From a candidate division WOR-3 bacterium (GTDB lineage Bacteria; Hydrothermota; 32-111): DNA of 64,000 nt. A program made the position numbers and the translations under genes. Within the stretch, counting starts at the first letter, position 1, and each line of letters begins with the position of its first letter. The stretch covers positions 358,117 to 422,116 of the forward strand of contig JBDRZU010000002.1 in the NCBI GenBank assembly GCA_039804105.1, in the 5' to 3' direction. Below the pieces are notes generated by a model. It was not told the DNA's origin. It made no database searches and was given only the letters and a program-made list of their open reading frames with translations. Positions 40,268-50,230 of this stretch are shown here, piece by piece.

Positions 40268-42379
40268 TTATGGTTTAAACCTGTAAGGTATCGTTGTCTT
40301 CATTTCTGCTGGAACTCCATCGATTGTTCCAGGATTGAATACAGCTTTGTATGCTGCTTCAACTGCTGCATTATCACATGCAGGGTTTAAGGATTTTATA
40401 ACCTTTGCTGAAACAACTTTTCCATCCTTACCAACAACGACCTCAACAAAAACTGTTCCTTCAGCACCTATCTTTCTTGCTGCTTCAGGATATGCTGGTT
40501 GAATAATCTGTTTTGGTGTTGGTTGTATCACAACAGAAGGTTTCTTTTCCTCTTCTTTTTTTACAGTATCAACTGTCTGCTGCTGTTGCTGTTGTTGAAC
40601 CTGCTGTGAAAGTAGTTGTGATGCTGTTGGAGTTTTTACCTGTGTTTCCTCTTTAGGTTTTGCTTCCTCTTTTACCTCTTTTTTAACATTTTTATTGGTT
40701 TCAACAGTTTTTGTTTCCGTTGTCTTGATGGTTTCTTCAACTTTTGGTGCAGGGAAAAGCAAAGCAAAATCTATTTTCTTCTGATTCTGTTTCTCCACAT
40801 AGAATATGTCAAGATTTGAAATCGGCTCAATATTCGAAGAGTAAACATTATCAAACGATTTCAAAACATTGTTCGCTACGATAACCCTGTTTGGAACAAA
40901 AAGGAAAGCATAAGGTTGATCATCAACGATTATCTGTTGGAACTCTTTCCAGTAATTTCTTGCTTCTTCTTTATCCATAGTTGTCATCGCAAGGTTAACA
41001 ATAGAATCAACCTTTGGATTTCTGTAATCAACAAAGTTAAACCTACCTGTCTCTTTTACTGAAGACCAGAAAGGTAGTGGATTGAAATCTTCGTTTACCT
41101 GCCATGAGAGTATATAAAGATCATAATCCTTCGAAAAGAGTTTCAAAATCAAGGAATCAGATGGTAACTCTTTTAAGTTAACATTCAAACCAGCATTTTT
41201 CAATTGATTCGTTACCTCTCGTGCAACTTTTACGATCATCACATCATTCTTATCAGTTATGATATTTAAAACGAATGGTTTGTTGTTGTAGAGGTATCCT
41301 TTTATAGGATCCTTTTTCAAAACCTTTTCGACAAGTTTTATTCCATCTTTGTTGTAAGCAACAGGTTTAATATCTTCAGAATAAGCCCAGAATGATGGAG
41401 TTATTGGACCGTTAGCAGGTATACCATTTTTTATTGTATTCTTTATCAAAAGATCTCTGTTTATAAGTTGTGAAACACCTACTCTGAAATCCTTTGAGTC
41501 AAACGGTTTTCTTGAAAGGTTGAATCCTATATATGTATATATGTTTCCTTTCTTCTGAATTCCTGTTACATTTTTTAACTTTGCTATCTCCTCTATGTTA
41601 TCAGGTGTTATATCATAAACAAGATCAAGTTTTCCCTCTTTAAGATCGTTAATAATCGATTGTTGGTCAGTGTATATTCTATAAACGATTTTATCTATGA
41701 ACGGTTTATCTTCCAGAGAATAATTTTCATTTTTAACGAGTGATACATATTTTCCATTTTCCCATTTTTCGAGTTTGTATGGCCCATTTCCAACAGGTCT
41801 TGTATTAAAATCTGAATACTGTATCTGATTCTTTTCCTTTTCAAGCAAATGTTTTGGAAGTGGTTTTATATTTGAATCAAAAAGTGCCATCGGATAAACT
41901 TTGTTACAATAAAAAACGATTTTATCATCCGATAATACCTTAACAGAATCTATATTCTGTAATTTTGTAAATAGTGGAGAATTGTTCTTTGGATCCTTAA
42001 TAAGGTTGAATGTAAATTCAACATCATACGCTGTTACAGGTTGACCATCCTGCCAGACAACATCCTTTCTGAGATAGTATGTTATCTTTTTCAAATCTTC
42101 TGAATATTCCCAAGAAGTTGCAAGCATTGGAACTATGTTTCCATTGATATCATTTTTATGAAGTGGAAGAAAGAGCATGTCAACTATTTCGTTATGTGCT
42201 ATGAATGATGGATAAATCGGTGAAAGGTTTTCGGGTTCTCCTACTATTCCAACAACTATCTCTCCTCCTGGTTCTCCAACCTGTGGTAATCTTGATATCT
42301 TTTTTTCACATGAAACAATTAGAATTATCGCCAATAAGATAAGAGCTATTTTAGATATTTTAGAAAATTGCCTCATCAA
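40268..42379 (-). CDS. peptide/nickel ABC substrate-binding lipoprotein (family 5) fused to a C-terminal TonB domain
   Basis: Lipobox IVSC; LRKDVVWQDGQPVTAYDV and PVGNGPY motifs; K/E/Q linker; PAYPEAARKIGAEGTVFVEVVVGKDGKV...F.PG..DG. Confidence 0.85.
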   Translation of the reverse strand: MMRQFSKISKIALILLAIILIVSCEKKISRLPQVGEPGGEIVVGIVGEPENLSPIYPSFIAHNEIVDMLFLPLHKNDINGNIVPMLATSWEYSEDLKKITYYLRKDVVWQDGQPVTAYDVEFTFNLIKDPKNNSPLFTKLQNIDSVKVLSDDKIVFYCNKVYPMALFDSNIKPLPKHLLEKEKNQIQYSDFNTRPVGNGPYKLEKWENGKYVSLVKNENYSLEDKPFIDKIVYRIYTDQQSIINDLKEGKLDLVYDITPDNIEEIAKLKNVTGIQKKGNIYTYIGFNLSRKPFDSKDFRVGVSQLINRDLLIKNTIKNGIPANGPITPSFWAYSEDIKPVAYNKDGIKLVEKVLKKDPIKGYLYNNKPFVLNIITDKNDVMIVKVAREVTNQLKNAGLNVNLKELPSDSLILKLFSKDYDLYILSWQVNEDFNPLPFWSSVKETGRFNFVDYRNPKVDSIVNLAMTTMDKEEARNYWKEFQQIIVDDQPYAFLFVPNRVIVANNVLKSFDNVYSSNIEPISNLDIFYVEKQNQKKIDFALLFPAPKVEETIKTTETKTVETNKNVKKEVKEEAKPKEETQVKTPTASQLLSQQVQQQQQQQTVDTVKKEEEKKPSVVIQPTPKQIIQPAYPEAARKIGAEGTVFVEVVVGKDGKVVSAKVIKSLNPACDNAAVEAAYKAVFNPGTIDGVPAEMKTTIPYRFKP

Positions 42380-42426
42380 TCCTCCTTTTATTTATTTAAA
42401 GATTATTATTTAAAATTTTGAATTTG

Positions 42427-43674
42427 TCAACCTGTTTGATTTTCTCCTGAAAGAGTTTGATCTATTATCATTTCAAGTTTATCTCCCAAACTCTGTTCAG
42501 AATAAAATTTTAAAATATAATCTCTCCCTCTTTTTCCCATCTCCTCCCTTTCTGATTTAGGCATATTGAATACTTTCATAATTATTGAAACGATTTCATC
42601 AAGATTTTCAGGATCAGCATAGAATCCACATCCAGAGTCTTTAACAAACTCTGAATATTCTGGTTTCGCTGTAATAAGAATCGGTTTCCCTGCAAGCATA
42701 TAGTCAAAAAGTTTGTTCGGACTTAATCCGTATTTGTAAAGTTCAGTTTTGTTAACTGTGATCAAACAAAGATCAACATTAGCAAGAAAATTTAAAATGT
42801 TTCTTTTCGGTATAGTTTTATATATTCTAACATTTTTTATTTTTTCATTCTCAATTCTTTTTTCAATATCTTCTCTTAAAGGCCCCTCTCCGAGTATTAA
42901 GAAATCTATCGGTTTATTTTCAAGTTTTTTGGCAATATCTAATATAAGATAAGGGTTGTTCGCAACACCTATCGCCCCCGTGTAAGCAACTGTAAATTTA
43001 TCGATTTTATATTTTTCTTTGTAAAACTCTTTTGGTTTATCGGGTGTAAAATGGTTTGGATATGTGCAATTCGATATAAAGTGTATTTTCTTTTCATCTA
43101 TGCCTTTTGAAACTATATGGTTTTTAAACTTTTCAACACAGACAATTATACTTTTACTTTTTTGATAAATTATTTTTTCCAGAAGATATAAAAACCATGT
43201 GTAAGGATTATTTTTCATCTCTGGTTTAAGTTGTATTAACGATTCAGGCCAGAGATCAAGTATATCTGATATGAATGGTTTTTTCAACTTTATCGACAGA
43301 AAAAGTGCGGATAGTGCTGTGATCAATTGTGGAGAAACCCCAATTATTATATCTGGCTTTTCGAGTATCCTTCCAACTCTGTACATTTCAACAGAAAAAA
43401 TTATCTGGTTTAACAATCTCTGTAAATCATTTTTTTTGTATGTGAAAGTTTTGACCCAGACAAAATTCACTCCGTTAATATTTTCGATTTTATAATACTC
43501 ATCCTTAGCGAGTTTCATATGCTGGAGTTTATGAACATTAAAATCGGACGAGATTATATAAACCTTATAACCTCTTTTTACAAGCTCGATTCCAAAATCA
43601 AGATGTCTTGTTCCACCTGTCATCTCATAGGTATGCGCATTCTGATAACATATCCAGATAACTTTCCTTTTCGT
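42427..43674 (-). CDS. GT4 glycosyltransferase (WbuB-like); apparent ACG start codon
   Basis: GGTRH, DLWPES, YTGAIG and SPNKLFDYMLAGKP motifs; the SD and N-terminal strand KVIWIC lie upstream of the first ATG (43623). Confidence 0.85.
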   Translation of the reverse strand, partial: TKRKVIWICYQNAHTYEMTGGTRHLDFGIELVKRGYKVYIISSDFNVHKLQHMKLAKDEYYKIENINGVNFVWVKTFTYKKNDLQRLLNQIIFSVEMYRVGRILEKPDIIIGVSPQLITALSALFLSIKLKKPFISDILDLWPESLIQLKPEMKNNPYTWFLYLLEKIIYQKSKSIIVCVEKFKNHIVSKGIDEKKIHFISNCTYPNHFTPDKPKEFYKEKYKIDKFTVAYTGAIGVANNPYLILDIAKKLENKPIDFLILGEGPLREDIEKRIENEKIKNVRIYKTIPKRNILNFLANVDLCLITVNKTELYKYGLSPNKLFDYMLAGKPILITAKPEYSEFVKDSGCGFYADPENLDEIVSIIMKVFNMPKSEREEMGKRGRDYILKFYSEQSLGDKLEMIIDQTLSGENQTG

Positions 43675-43699
43675 AAAAACTCCTTTTGTTGAATTTTTT

Positions 43700-43727
43700 A
43701 TTATATAAAAAGGGAATTGAAAGTCAA
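43700..43727 (-). promoter_or_regulatory. predicted promoter TTGACT-N16-TATAAT for the GT4 gene
   Basis: Motif on the minus strand. Confidence 0.6.
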
Positions 43728-43732
43728 CAATT

Positions 43733-44290
43733 TTAAAATATCCAGATACCTGTTGAAAGAGAAAAACCTGAAAAGATTATTCCTTTGTTCAAAGAAGGAT
43801 CCGAAAAGAAAAAATATGTATAACCTGCCTGAATCGAAAAACTCAAAGATAAATTTTCTCCCAGATAAAAAAGAAAACCGTTTTCGTTTGCTAATGTGAA
43901 TGCTGTATATGACTCTGATGGGTTGTAAACAAGTTTTGTATACCCTGAAGTGAAGTATCCAGAATAAGATCCATCTTTACTTCTTGCTTTTTGATATGTT
44001 GGGATTGAAAAAGATAGACCTAACTGTCCAAACCTTGCTCCATAGGAATAGAGTTTTAAACCAAATATCGGAGTGAATTTTATACCATTTTTTTCAGCAA
44101 AAGCAAGTTCTGATGAGAATGGAAAAAGGTTAATGTGGAATGTATTACTCTGTTCTATCGGTTCAAAATAAACCTGTGGAGAAAATGATATATTGAAAAT
44201 GTTGTTGATCTTAGTTTTCTTTTTGACTTTTGAGTATGAAGGGGTAAAAAAAAGTACTCCTATGACCAAAATAAAAATAAATCTTTTCAT
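43733..44290 (-). CDS. putative small outer-membrane beta-barrel protein
   Basis: Signal peptide, amphipathic strands, C-terminal aromatic (GIWIF). Confidence 0.55.
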   Translation of the reverse strand: MKRFIFILVIGVLFFTPSYSKVKKKTKINNIFNISFSPQVYFEPIEQSNTFHINLFPFSSELAFAEKNGIKFTPIFGLKLYSYGARFGQLGLSFSIPTYQKARSKDGSYSGYFTSGYTKLVYNPSESYTAFTLANENGFLFYLGENLSLSFSIQAGYTYFFFSDPSLNKGIIFSGFSLSTGIWIF

Positions 44291-44299
44291 TTATAAAAG

Positions 44300-44327
44300 A
44301 TAATACTATAAAAATTGATTTTTTCAA
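44300..44327 (-). promoter_or_regulatory. predicted promoter TTGAAA-N16-TATTAT
   Basis: -10 ends 9 nt before ATG 44290. Confidence 0.5.
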
Positions 44328-44348
44328 TGAAAATGAATGTTATTTATC

Positions 44349-44376
44349 TTGACAAATACCAATAAAAGATTATTAT
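44349..44376 (+). promoter_or_regulatory. predicted promoter TTGACA-N16-TATTAT; near-leaderless mRNA
   Basis: -10 ends 8 nt before ATG 44385; no SD. Confidence 0.6.
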
Positions 44377-44384
44377 AAAAAATT

Positions 44385-45338
44385 ATGAATCGTTTAAAAA
44401 ATATAAAGTTTTTTATAATTTTGCAGATAATTTTCTTTTTAAACATAAACGGATCGAATATATTAACTGATTTTTTGTTTTCGAAATCATCGAATGTTGG
44501 ATTTTCAATTCTTAAAATAACTCCTGATGCATTTTCATCAGCACTTTCTGGAGGTGTAACTACTGGTTATAACTCTCCCTCTTCATTTCTTATAAATCCA
44601 GCATCTTCATCATTCTATAAAGAAAAAGGAATGGTAGTTTCAACGATTTACTCGTCTGGATTTTCAAATATCTATTCTGGAGCGATAAAATATCCTTTTT
44701 TCTTTGGAACATTTTCTTTTTCAGCAACTTCTTCAATATCGGATACAATTCAATTAAGAAATGAAGATCCTACTGAAAATCCTCTTGGATATTACAGATT
44801 CAACTCATATTCTTTTTCGCTTGGTTATTCAAACACTATAACGGAAGGGATTTTTGTTGGTTTATCATCCTCAGCGATAAATGAAAATTCTTTTCTGTTA
44901 AATAAAACTTCTTTTGTCGCAAGTGCTGGAGTTTTATTGGTCTTTGAACGATTTTTTAATTTTAAAGTTGGTGTATCCACTTTGAATGTTGGGTTTAAAA
45001 CGAGGTATGACCCAACTTCACTCGATTATATTATACCACCTTTTACTTTAAAAATTGGAAGTTCTTTCGATATAAAAATAAATGAAAATTTTACAAACAC
45101 GATATTCTCAGATTTCACAAAAGTGAATGATCAGGAGTTCAAGATATCTTTTGGATACGACGGAGAAATTTTGAAAACACTCTCGTTAAGAATAGGTTTT
45201 CTGATAAACGATCCTACAAAATTTTTATCTTTTGGAATCGGTGTTAGAAACAATAGTTTGTCTTTAAACTATTCTTTTGTTCCTTTCAACTATGGGCTTG
45301 GTTTTGAAAACTGTGTGAGTTTAAATTATAACTTTTAG
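44385..45338 (+). CDS. PorV/PorQ-like outer-membrane beta-barrel
   Basis: FSILKITPDAFSSALSG...INPAS N-terminal motif, NVG strand, C-terminal YNF. Confidence 0.65.
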   Translation: MNRLKNIKFFIILQIIFFLNINGSNILTDFLFSKSSNVGFSILKITPDAFSSALSGGVTTGYNSPSSFLINPASSSFYKEKGMVVSTIYSSGFSNIYSGAIKYPFFFGTFSFSATSSISDTIQLRNEDPTENPLGYYRFNSYSFSLGYSNTITEGIFVGLSSSAINENSFLLNKTSFVASAGVLLVFERFFNFKVGVSTLNVGFKTRYDPTSLDYIIPPFTLKIGSSFDIKINENFTNTIFSDFTKVNDQEFKISFGYDGEILKTLSLRIGFLINDPTKFLSFGIGVRNNSLSLNYSFVPFNYGLGFENCVSLNYNF

Positions 45339-45346
45339 GTGGAATA

Positions 45347-46024
45347 ATGGCAGGTCTACAGGGAAGTTTAAAAGATTTTGAAATCACAGATATACTCCAA
45401 CTGATAAACATGAATAAAAAGGACGGTTGTCTTGAAATAACAACAAAAGATAGTGTTGGAAGGATTTATTTTGAGGGAGGAAGTGTTACCCATGCAGAAA
45501 TAGATGATAGATTTGGAGAGAGTGCTATACATCAAATACTTGTTATAAACGATGGCAGCTTTAAATTCATTCCGGATGTAAAAACACCACGAAATACGAT
45601 AAGTTTACCAATACATCATTTGATGCTTGAAGCAGCGCGAAGTATTGATGAATGGAAACAGATCGAAAAACTTATACCTTCGTTAGATCTTGTTGTAAAG
45701 GTTGTCGAAAATCCAGATATCGACACTGACAACATAAAACTCTCAAGCGAAGAATGGAAGATGTTGACATTCGTTGACAATGTTTCAACGATAAAAGAGA
45801 TAGCAAAAAAGGTTAACCAATCTGAGTTTCAAACAGCAAAGACCATCTATGGTCTCATAACTAGTGGGCTTATAACTGTTGAGGAAAAAGAGGGACTCGA
45901 TGATATTTTAAAAGAAATAGATGCACAGATAACCGATGAAAAAAATGATAATGAAAATAAAAAGGATGAAAAAGTTGATGATAACAATAAAAAGGGTGGG
46001 ATAAAAAAATTCTTTTCAAGATAA
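45347..46024 (+). CDS. DUF4388-domain protein
   Basis: LQGSLKDFEITDILQLI..NKKDG.L and LMLEAARSIDEW motifs. Confidence 0.85.
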   Translation: MAGLQGSLKDFEITDILQLINMNKKDGCLEITTKDSVGRIYFEGGSVTHAEIDDRFGESAIHQILVINDGSFKFIPDVKTPRNTISLPIHHLMLEAARSIDEWKQIEKLIPSLDLVVKVVENPDIDTDNIKLSSEEWKMLTFVDNVSTIKEIAKKVNQSEFQTAKTIYGLITSGLITVEEKEGLDDILKEIDAQITDEKNDNENKKDEKVDDNNKKGGIKKFFSR

Positions 46025-46759
46025 GATCTTTAAATATTCTTCTCTCTTTTTTTCCAAAAAAATCGTTGTAAGTTTCTCAAGGTTGATAACATCAAACATG
46101 TTATACTCTATCAATGTGTTTAAAGAATCTTTTGAACCGTTCCTATATTCCTGCCACAATAAAACAGCATCATAACCTGTTAGATTTTTTACTCTTTTAG
46201 ATCTTTCGATCATAAATTTCTCTTCAAGTTTTTTTAAACCACCTTTCCATCCAATACTCTTTGATGCCCTGAAAAGATCAAAATGAAAATCTGGTAATGA
46301 TAGAAATGGAAACTCTTTTTTTATTCTTGGAATGTCAAATGTCTGTCCGTTGAACGAAACGAGTATGGATGGTATCGAAAACATCTTTTCAAGTTTTAAA
46401 TAGTCTTCACCATTTTTATACACATAAAAATTCCCTCCAACATAAAGTCCTATCAAAGTTATCTCTCCCTCAAAAGATGTTTCTATATCTATATAACCTA
46501 TCTCATTTTTATAATGTGTTAAAACTCTCCAGTAATCCCTATAGTTTAACCTTTTGAAAAAATATTTTATATCATCATTTTTAAAAGAATCTATCGATCT
46601 TTTTATCTCATTCAAAACTTGAATATTTTTTTTCTCGCCAAAAGGAAGTTTGTTCCAATTTTCAACAACATCCCACCAACTTTTGAAACCTTTTTTCCAG
46701 AGTTGTTCTTCTTTTTTATAACTTATCCCATCAATATGAACGAATGTATTGGTCAGCAT
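46016..46759 (-). CDS. YprB/RNase_H_2-like DEDD exonuclease
   Basis: IDIET, SFNGQTFDIP, GGLKKLE and YNMFDV motifs. Confidence 0.85.
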   Translation of the reverse strand: MLTNTFVHIDGISYKKEEQLWKKGFKSWWDVVENWNKLPFGEKKNIQVLNEIKRSIDSFKNDDIKYFFKRLNYRDYWRVLTHYKNEIGYIDIETSFEGEITLIGLYVGGNFYVYKNGEDYLKLEKMFSIPSILVSFNGQTFDIPRIKKEFPFLSLPDFHFDLFRASKSIGWKGGLKKLEEKFMIERSKRVKNLTGYDAVLLWQEYRNGSKDSLNTLIEYNMFDVINLEKLTTIFLEKKREEYLKILS

Positions 46760-47444
46760 AGATCTTTAAAATTTCCTCATAAGAAATAGTATATATTTTT
46801 TCGTTATTTTTGTTTTTAAAAAATTTGTTTATGTTCCTGTTCCTGTTCTGTGTTAAAAAATTTAAAAAATCCCAAAGTTTTTTATATTTTTTCTCATAAT
46901 CCTTTTTTCTTGAAATTAATATAAACGAAGAATCAACCTTCGGTGCAGGAGAAAAAGAGTTTTTTTTAATGTTAAAAAGGTTATGAACTTCGAAAAAAAT
47001 GTTAACATATATTGATATTGGAACGAACAACCTTTTCACAATTTTTTCCTGAAACTCCTTTTGAACTATAAAATAACCGATTTTTATATTTTCTGATTCA
47101 ACAACCTTTCTAAAAATCTCTTTTGTCAAACTGTATGGTATACTTGAAACTGTTATCTCTTCTTTTATTTTATAATCAAGACAACTCATGTTTAAAATTT
47201 TTACATTTTCATTTTTTGAAAATTTTCTTTTCAATATTTCAAAATATTTTTTATCAAGTTCAAGTATCACAAGTGTTTCAGGTTTTTTTGACAGGATGAT
47301 TTGACTTATTCTACCATCCCCTCCACCGATTTCAAGAATCCTTTTTCCCTCAAGATCCAACAGAGAATCTTCTATTTTTTTAAGCACATTTTTATCAGTC
47401 AAAAAATTTTGTGATAGTTTAACTCTTTTTGCCGATGAATTCAT
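46731..47444 (-). CDS. rsmA: 16S rRNA adenine dimethyltransferase (divergent)
   Basis: SQNFL, EIGGGDG, ELD, VQKE and FSPAPKVDS motifs. Confidence 0.85.
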   Translation of the reverse strand: MNSSAKRVKLSQNFLTDKNVLKKIEDSLLDLEGKRILEIGGGDGRISQIILSKKPETLVILELDKKYFEILKRKFSKNENVKILNMSCLDYKIKEEITVSSIPYSLTKEIFRKVVESENIKIGYFIVQKEFQEKIVKRLFVPISIYVNIFFEVHNLFNIKKNSFSPAPKVDSSFILISRKKDYEKKYKKLWDFLNFLTQNRNRNINKFFKNKNNEKIYTISYEEILKIYADQYIRSY

Positions 47445-48201
47445 AAAAATTTTTTTTAACTATTTTTTTCAATTCTTCAACATCAATACCAGATAATTCG
47501 GAAATTTTTTTATATATATAAACAACATACTCAGGGCGATTCCTTTTGCCTCTGAAGGGAACAGGCGAAAGATAAGGGGAATCCGTCTCTATAAGCATTC
47601 TTTCAATATGATCTTTTTTGATAATATTTTTTAAATCGTTGTTTTTAAAAGTTATGATTCCGTTTATTCCAAAAAAACATCCTCTTGAAACTATATTTTC
47701 AAGATCCTCTTTTGTGCCTGAAAAACTATGGAATTCAAACTTTAAATCTCTATAATCGTTGATTATTTTTAAAACCTCATCGTATCCATTTCTCACATGT
47801 AACATTACAGGTTTTTGTTTTTTTCTTGCAAGGTCCAACTGTTTTATAAAAAGTTCCTTCTGTTGTCTTAATTCATCTTTTTTGTGCCAGAAAAGGTCAA
47901 TTCCTATTTCCCCGATTCCCGAACAATCTTTTTCATCAAGCAATTTTTCTATTTCGTGAATATCTTTATCAGTGTAATTTGAAGCGTAGTGTGGATGTAT
48001 TCCAACAAAATGATACACTTCAAAATCATCCGGGAATTTTATTGAAAAAGATTTTTTGCTACTGTCAACATCGTATCCAACTATGTTTAAAATTCTGACA
48101 TTGTTTTCCCTCAAACTTGAGGTAAAAACATTGAGATTTTTTTCAAACTCAAACTCCTCCATCTGAAGATGAAGGTGAGAATCAAGAAAAGGTTCAGCCA
48201 A
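47419..48201 (-). CDS. tatD: TatD-family DNase
   Basis: DSHLH, GIHPH, GEIGID and ETDSPYLSP motifs; TTG start after an AGGGG SD. Confidence 0.9.
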   Translation of the reverse strand: MAEPFLDSHLHLQMEEFEFEKNLNVFTSSLRENNVRILNIVGYDVDSSKKSFSIKFPDDFEVYHFVGIHPHYASNYTDKDIHEIEKLLDEKDCSGIGEIGIDLFWHKKDELRQQKELFIKQLDLARKKQKPVMLHVRNGYDEVLKIINDYRDLKFEFHSFSGTKEDLENIVSRGCFFGINGIITFKNNDLKNIIKKDHIERMLIETDSPYLSPVPFRGKRNRPEYVVYIYKKISELSGIDVEELKKIVKKNFYEFIGKKS

Positions 48202-50230
48202 CAGTATCCCCTGCTTCACAACTCTCATCAGCAAAAAGAACTTTTACTCTCGTTTTATCCTTATTGGAAGCTGCAAGAAGCATACCAAAAGATTTGTTTC
48301 CCCTTATCGTTGCAGGTTCAAGATTTTTTACAATAACGATCTTTTTACCAATAAGATCTTCAGGTTTATAGAACAACGCAACTCCTGCAACAATATCTCT
48401 TATTTCATCTTTAACATCAATTTTTAACTTCAAAAGTTTATCTGAGTTTTCAACCTTTTCACATGAAAGAACTTTTGCAACAACAAGTTGAACTTTTTTG
48501 AAATAATCTATAGAGATATAATTTTTTTCTTCATCCTTTTTTTCTCCCGAACCGATTTCAGTTGAAACCTTTTGCCCCATCCTTTTTCTTTCTTCTTCTA
48601 TAACTTTATCCTCTATCTTTGAGAAAAGTATATCAAGTTTTTTATTTTTAAACTCATGTATCGGTTCTAAATCTTTTATATTATCCCATCTAAAATCTTT
48701 TATCTCCAAAAAATCTCTCAACTTTTTCGATGTGAATGGAATAAAAGGATCACCAACACATGATAGAACAACAACTGCCTTCATACAAACATATAAAACA
48801 GTATCAAGATAATCCCTATCATTTTTTGCAAGAACCCATGGTTCTTTTGAAGCAAAATATTTGTTCGACTCTCTTGCTATATCCATAAACTCATATGTGG
48901 CTTTTCTCAACTGATAGGTCTCTATATATTCTCCGACCTTCTGAACCTTTTCATATATTGTTTTCAAAAACTCTCTATCATCATCTTTTAACTCTTTTCC
49001 TTTTCTAACCTTACCATCGTTGTATTTTAAAACGAATTGAACTGTTCTATTAACAAAGTTTCCATATATATCGGCAAGTTCACCGTTGTTTCTGTTCTGA
49101 AACTCTGTCCATGAAAAATCTGTATCTTTGTTTTCTGGGAGTATTGAGGCAAGAACATATCTTAAAATATCAGGTGGAAACCTTTTGAGATAATCGTCAA
49201 GCCAAACAGCCCAGTTCCTTGATGTTGAAAGTTTTTTACCTTCAATATTTAAATACTCGTTTGCAGGAATATCGTAAGGTAGATTGTAACCTTCCTCAAC
49301 TCCCATGAGTATTGATGGCCAGATCACAGAATGAAAAACTATGTTATCTTTTCCCAAAAAGTGGATGATTCTTGTATCTTTATCCTTCCACCATTTTTCC
49401 CATCCATTCTTATCACCTTTTTTTTCAAAATACTCCATCGTTGAAGATATGTATCCTATTGGTGCATCAAACCAGACATAAAGAACTTTGTTTTCAAATC
49501 CTTCGATTGGAACTTTCACACCCCAATCAAGGTCTCTTGTTATAGCTCTTGGTTTCAAACCTTCTTTGATCCATCCAAGAGAGAACTCCTTAACATTATC
49601 TTTCCACCATGTACGGGAATTTATATACTCCTTCAATCTATCCTGAAACTTATCAAGGTCAAGATAAAAATGTTCTGTTTCTTTTACAACAGGTGTAGCA
49701 CCACAGATTTTACATTTTGGATCTATCAAAGAAACATTATCTATTGGCTTTCCACATGTATCACATTGATCACCTCTTGCTCCCTCTGCTTTACAATGTG
49801 GACAGATACCTTCAACATATCTATCTGGTAAAAATCTTTTACAGTTTTCACAGTAGTACTGTTTTTCAACCTTTTTTGAAACATATCCATTTTTATAAAG
49901 TTTCAAAAAGAAATGTTTTGCATTCTCATGATGTATTGGCCTTGAAGTTCCCGAAAAATTATCGAAAACGATTCCGAATTTCTCAAAAGAATCTTTCATA
50001 ACTTTATGGTAATAATCAACTATCTCTTTTGGAGTTTTCTTCATCTCGTCCGCTTTGATCGTTATTGGAACACCATGTTCATCACTTCCACAGATAAAAC
50101 AAACTTCCTCTCCTTTGAGTTTCAAATATCTCACAAATATATCAGCAGGAAGATAACATCCTGCAAGGTGTCCTATATGGATTGGACCGTTTGCATAAGG
50201 TAAAGCAGCGGTAACGAGATATCTTGTCAT
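48194..50230 (-). CDS. metG: methionine--tRNA ligase with a C-terminal tRNA-binding domain
   Basis: ALPYANG.IHIGH, zinc knuckle, YVWFDA and KLSTS motifs. Confidence 0.97.
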   Translation of the reverse strand: MTRYLVTAALPYANGPIHIGHLAGCYLPADIFVRYLKLKGEEVCFICGSDEHGVPITIKADEMKKTPKEIVDYYHKVMKDSFEKFGIVFDNFSGTSRPIHHENAKHFFLKLYKNGYVSKKVEKQYYCENCKRFLPDRYVEGICPHCKAEGARGDQCDTCGKPIDNVSLIDPKCKICGATPVVKETEHFYLDLDKFQDRLKEYINSRTWWKDNVKEFSLGWIKEGLKPRAITRDLDWGVKVPIEGFENKVLYVWFDAPIGYISSTMEYFEKKGDKNGWEKWWKDKDTRIIHFLGKDNIVFHSVIWPSILMGVEEGYNLPYDIPANEYLNIEGKKLSTSRNWAVWLDDYLKRFPPDILRYVLASILPENKDTDFSWTEFQNRNNGELADIYGNFVNRTVQFVLKYNDGKVRKGKELKDDDREFLKTIYEKVQKVGEYIETYQLRKATYEFMDIARESNKYFASKEPWVLAKNDRDYLDTVLYVCMKAVVVLSCVGDPFIPFTSKKLRDFLEIKDFRWDNIKDLEPIHEFKNKKLDILFSKIEDKVIEEERKRMGQKVSTEIGSGEKKDEEKNYISIDYFKKVQLVVAKVLSCEKVENSDKLLKLKIDVKDEIRDIVAGVALFYKPEDLIGKKIVIVKNLEPATIRGNKSFGMLLAASNKDKTRVKVLFADESCEAGDTVG

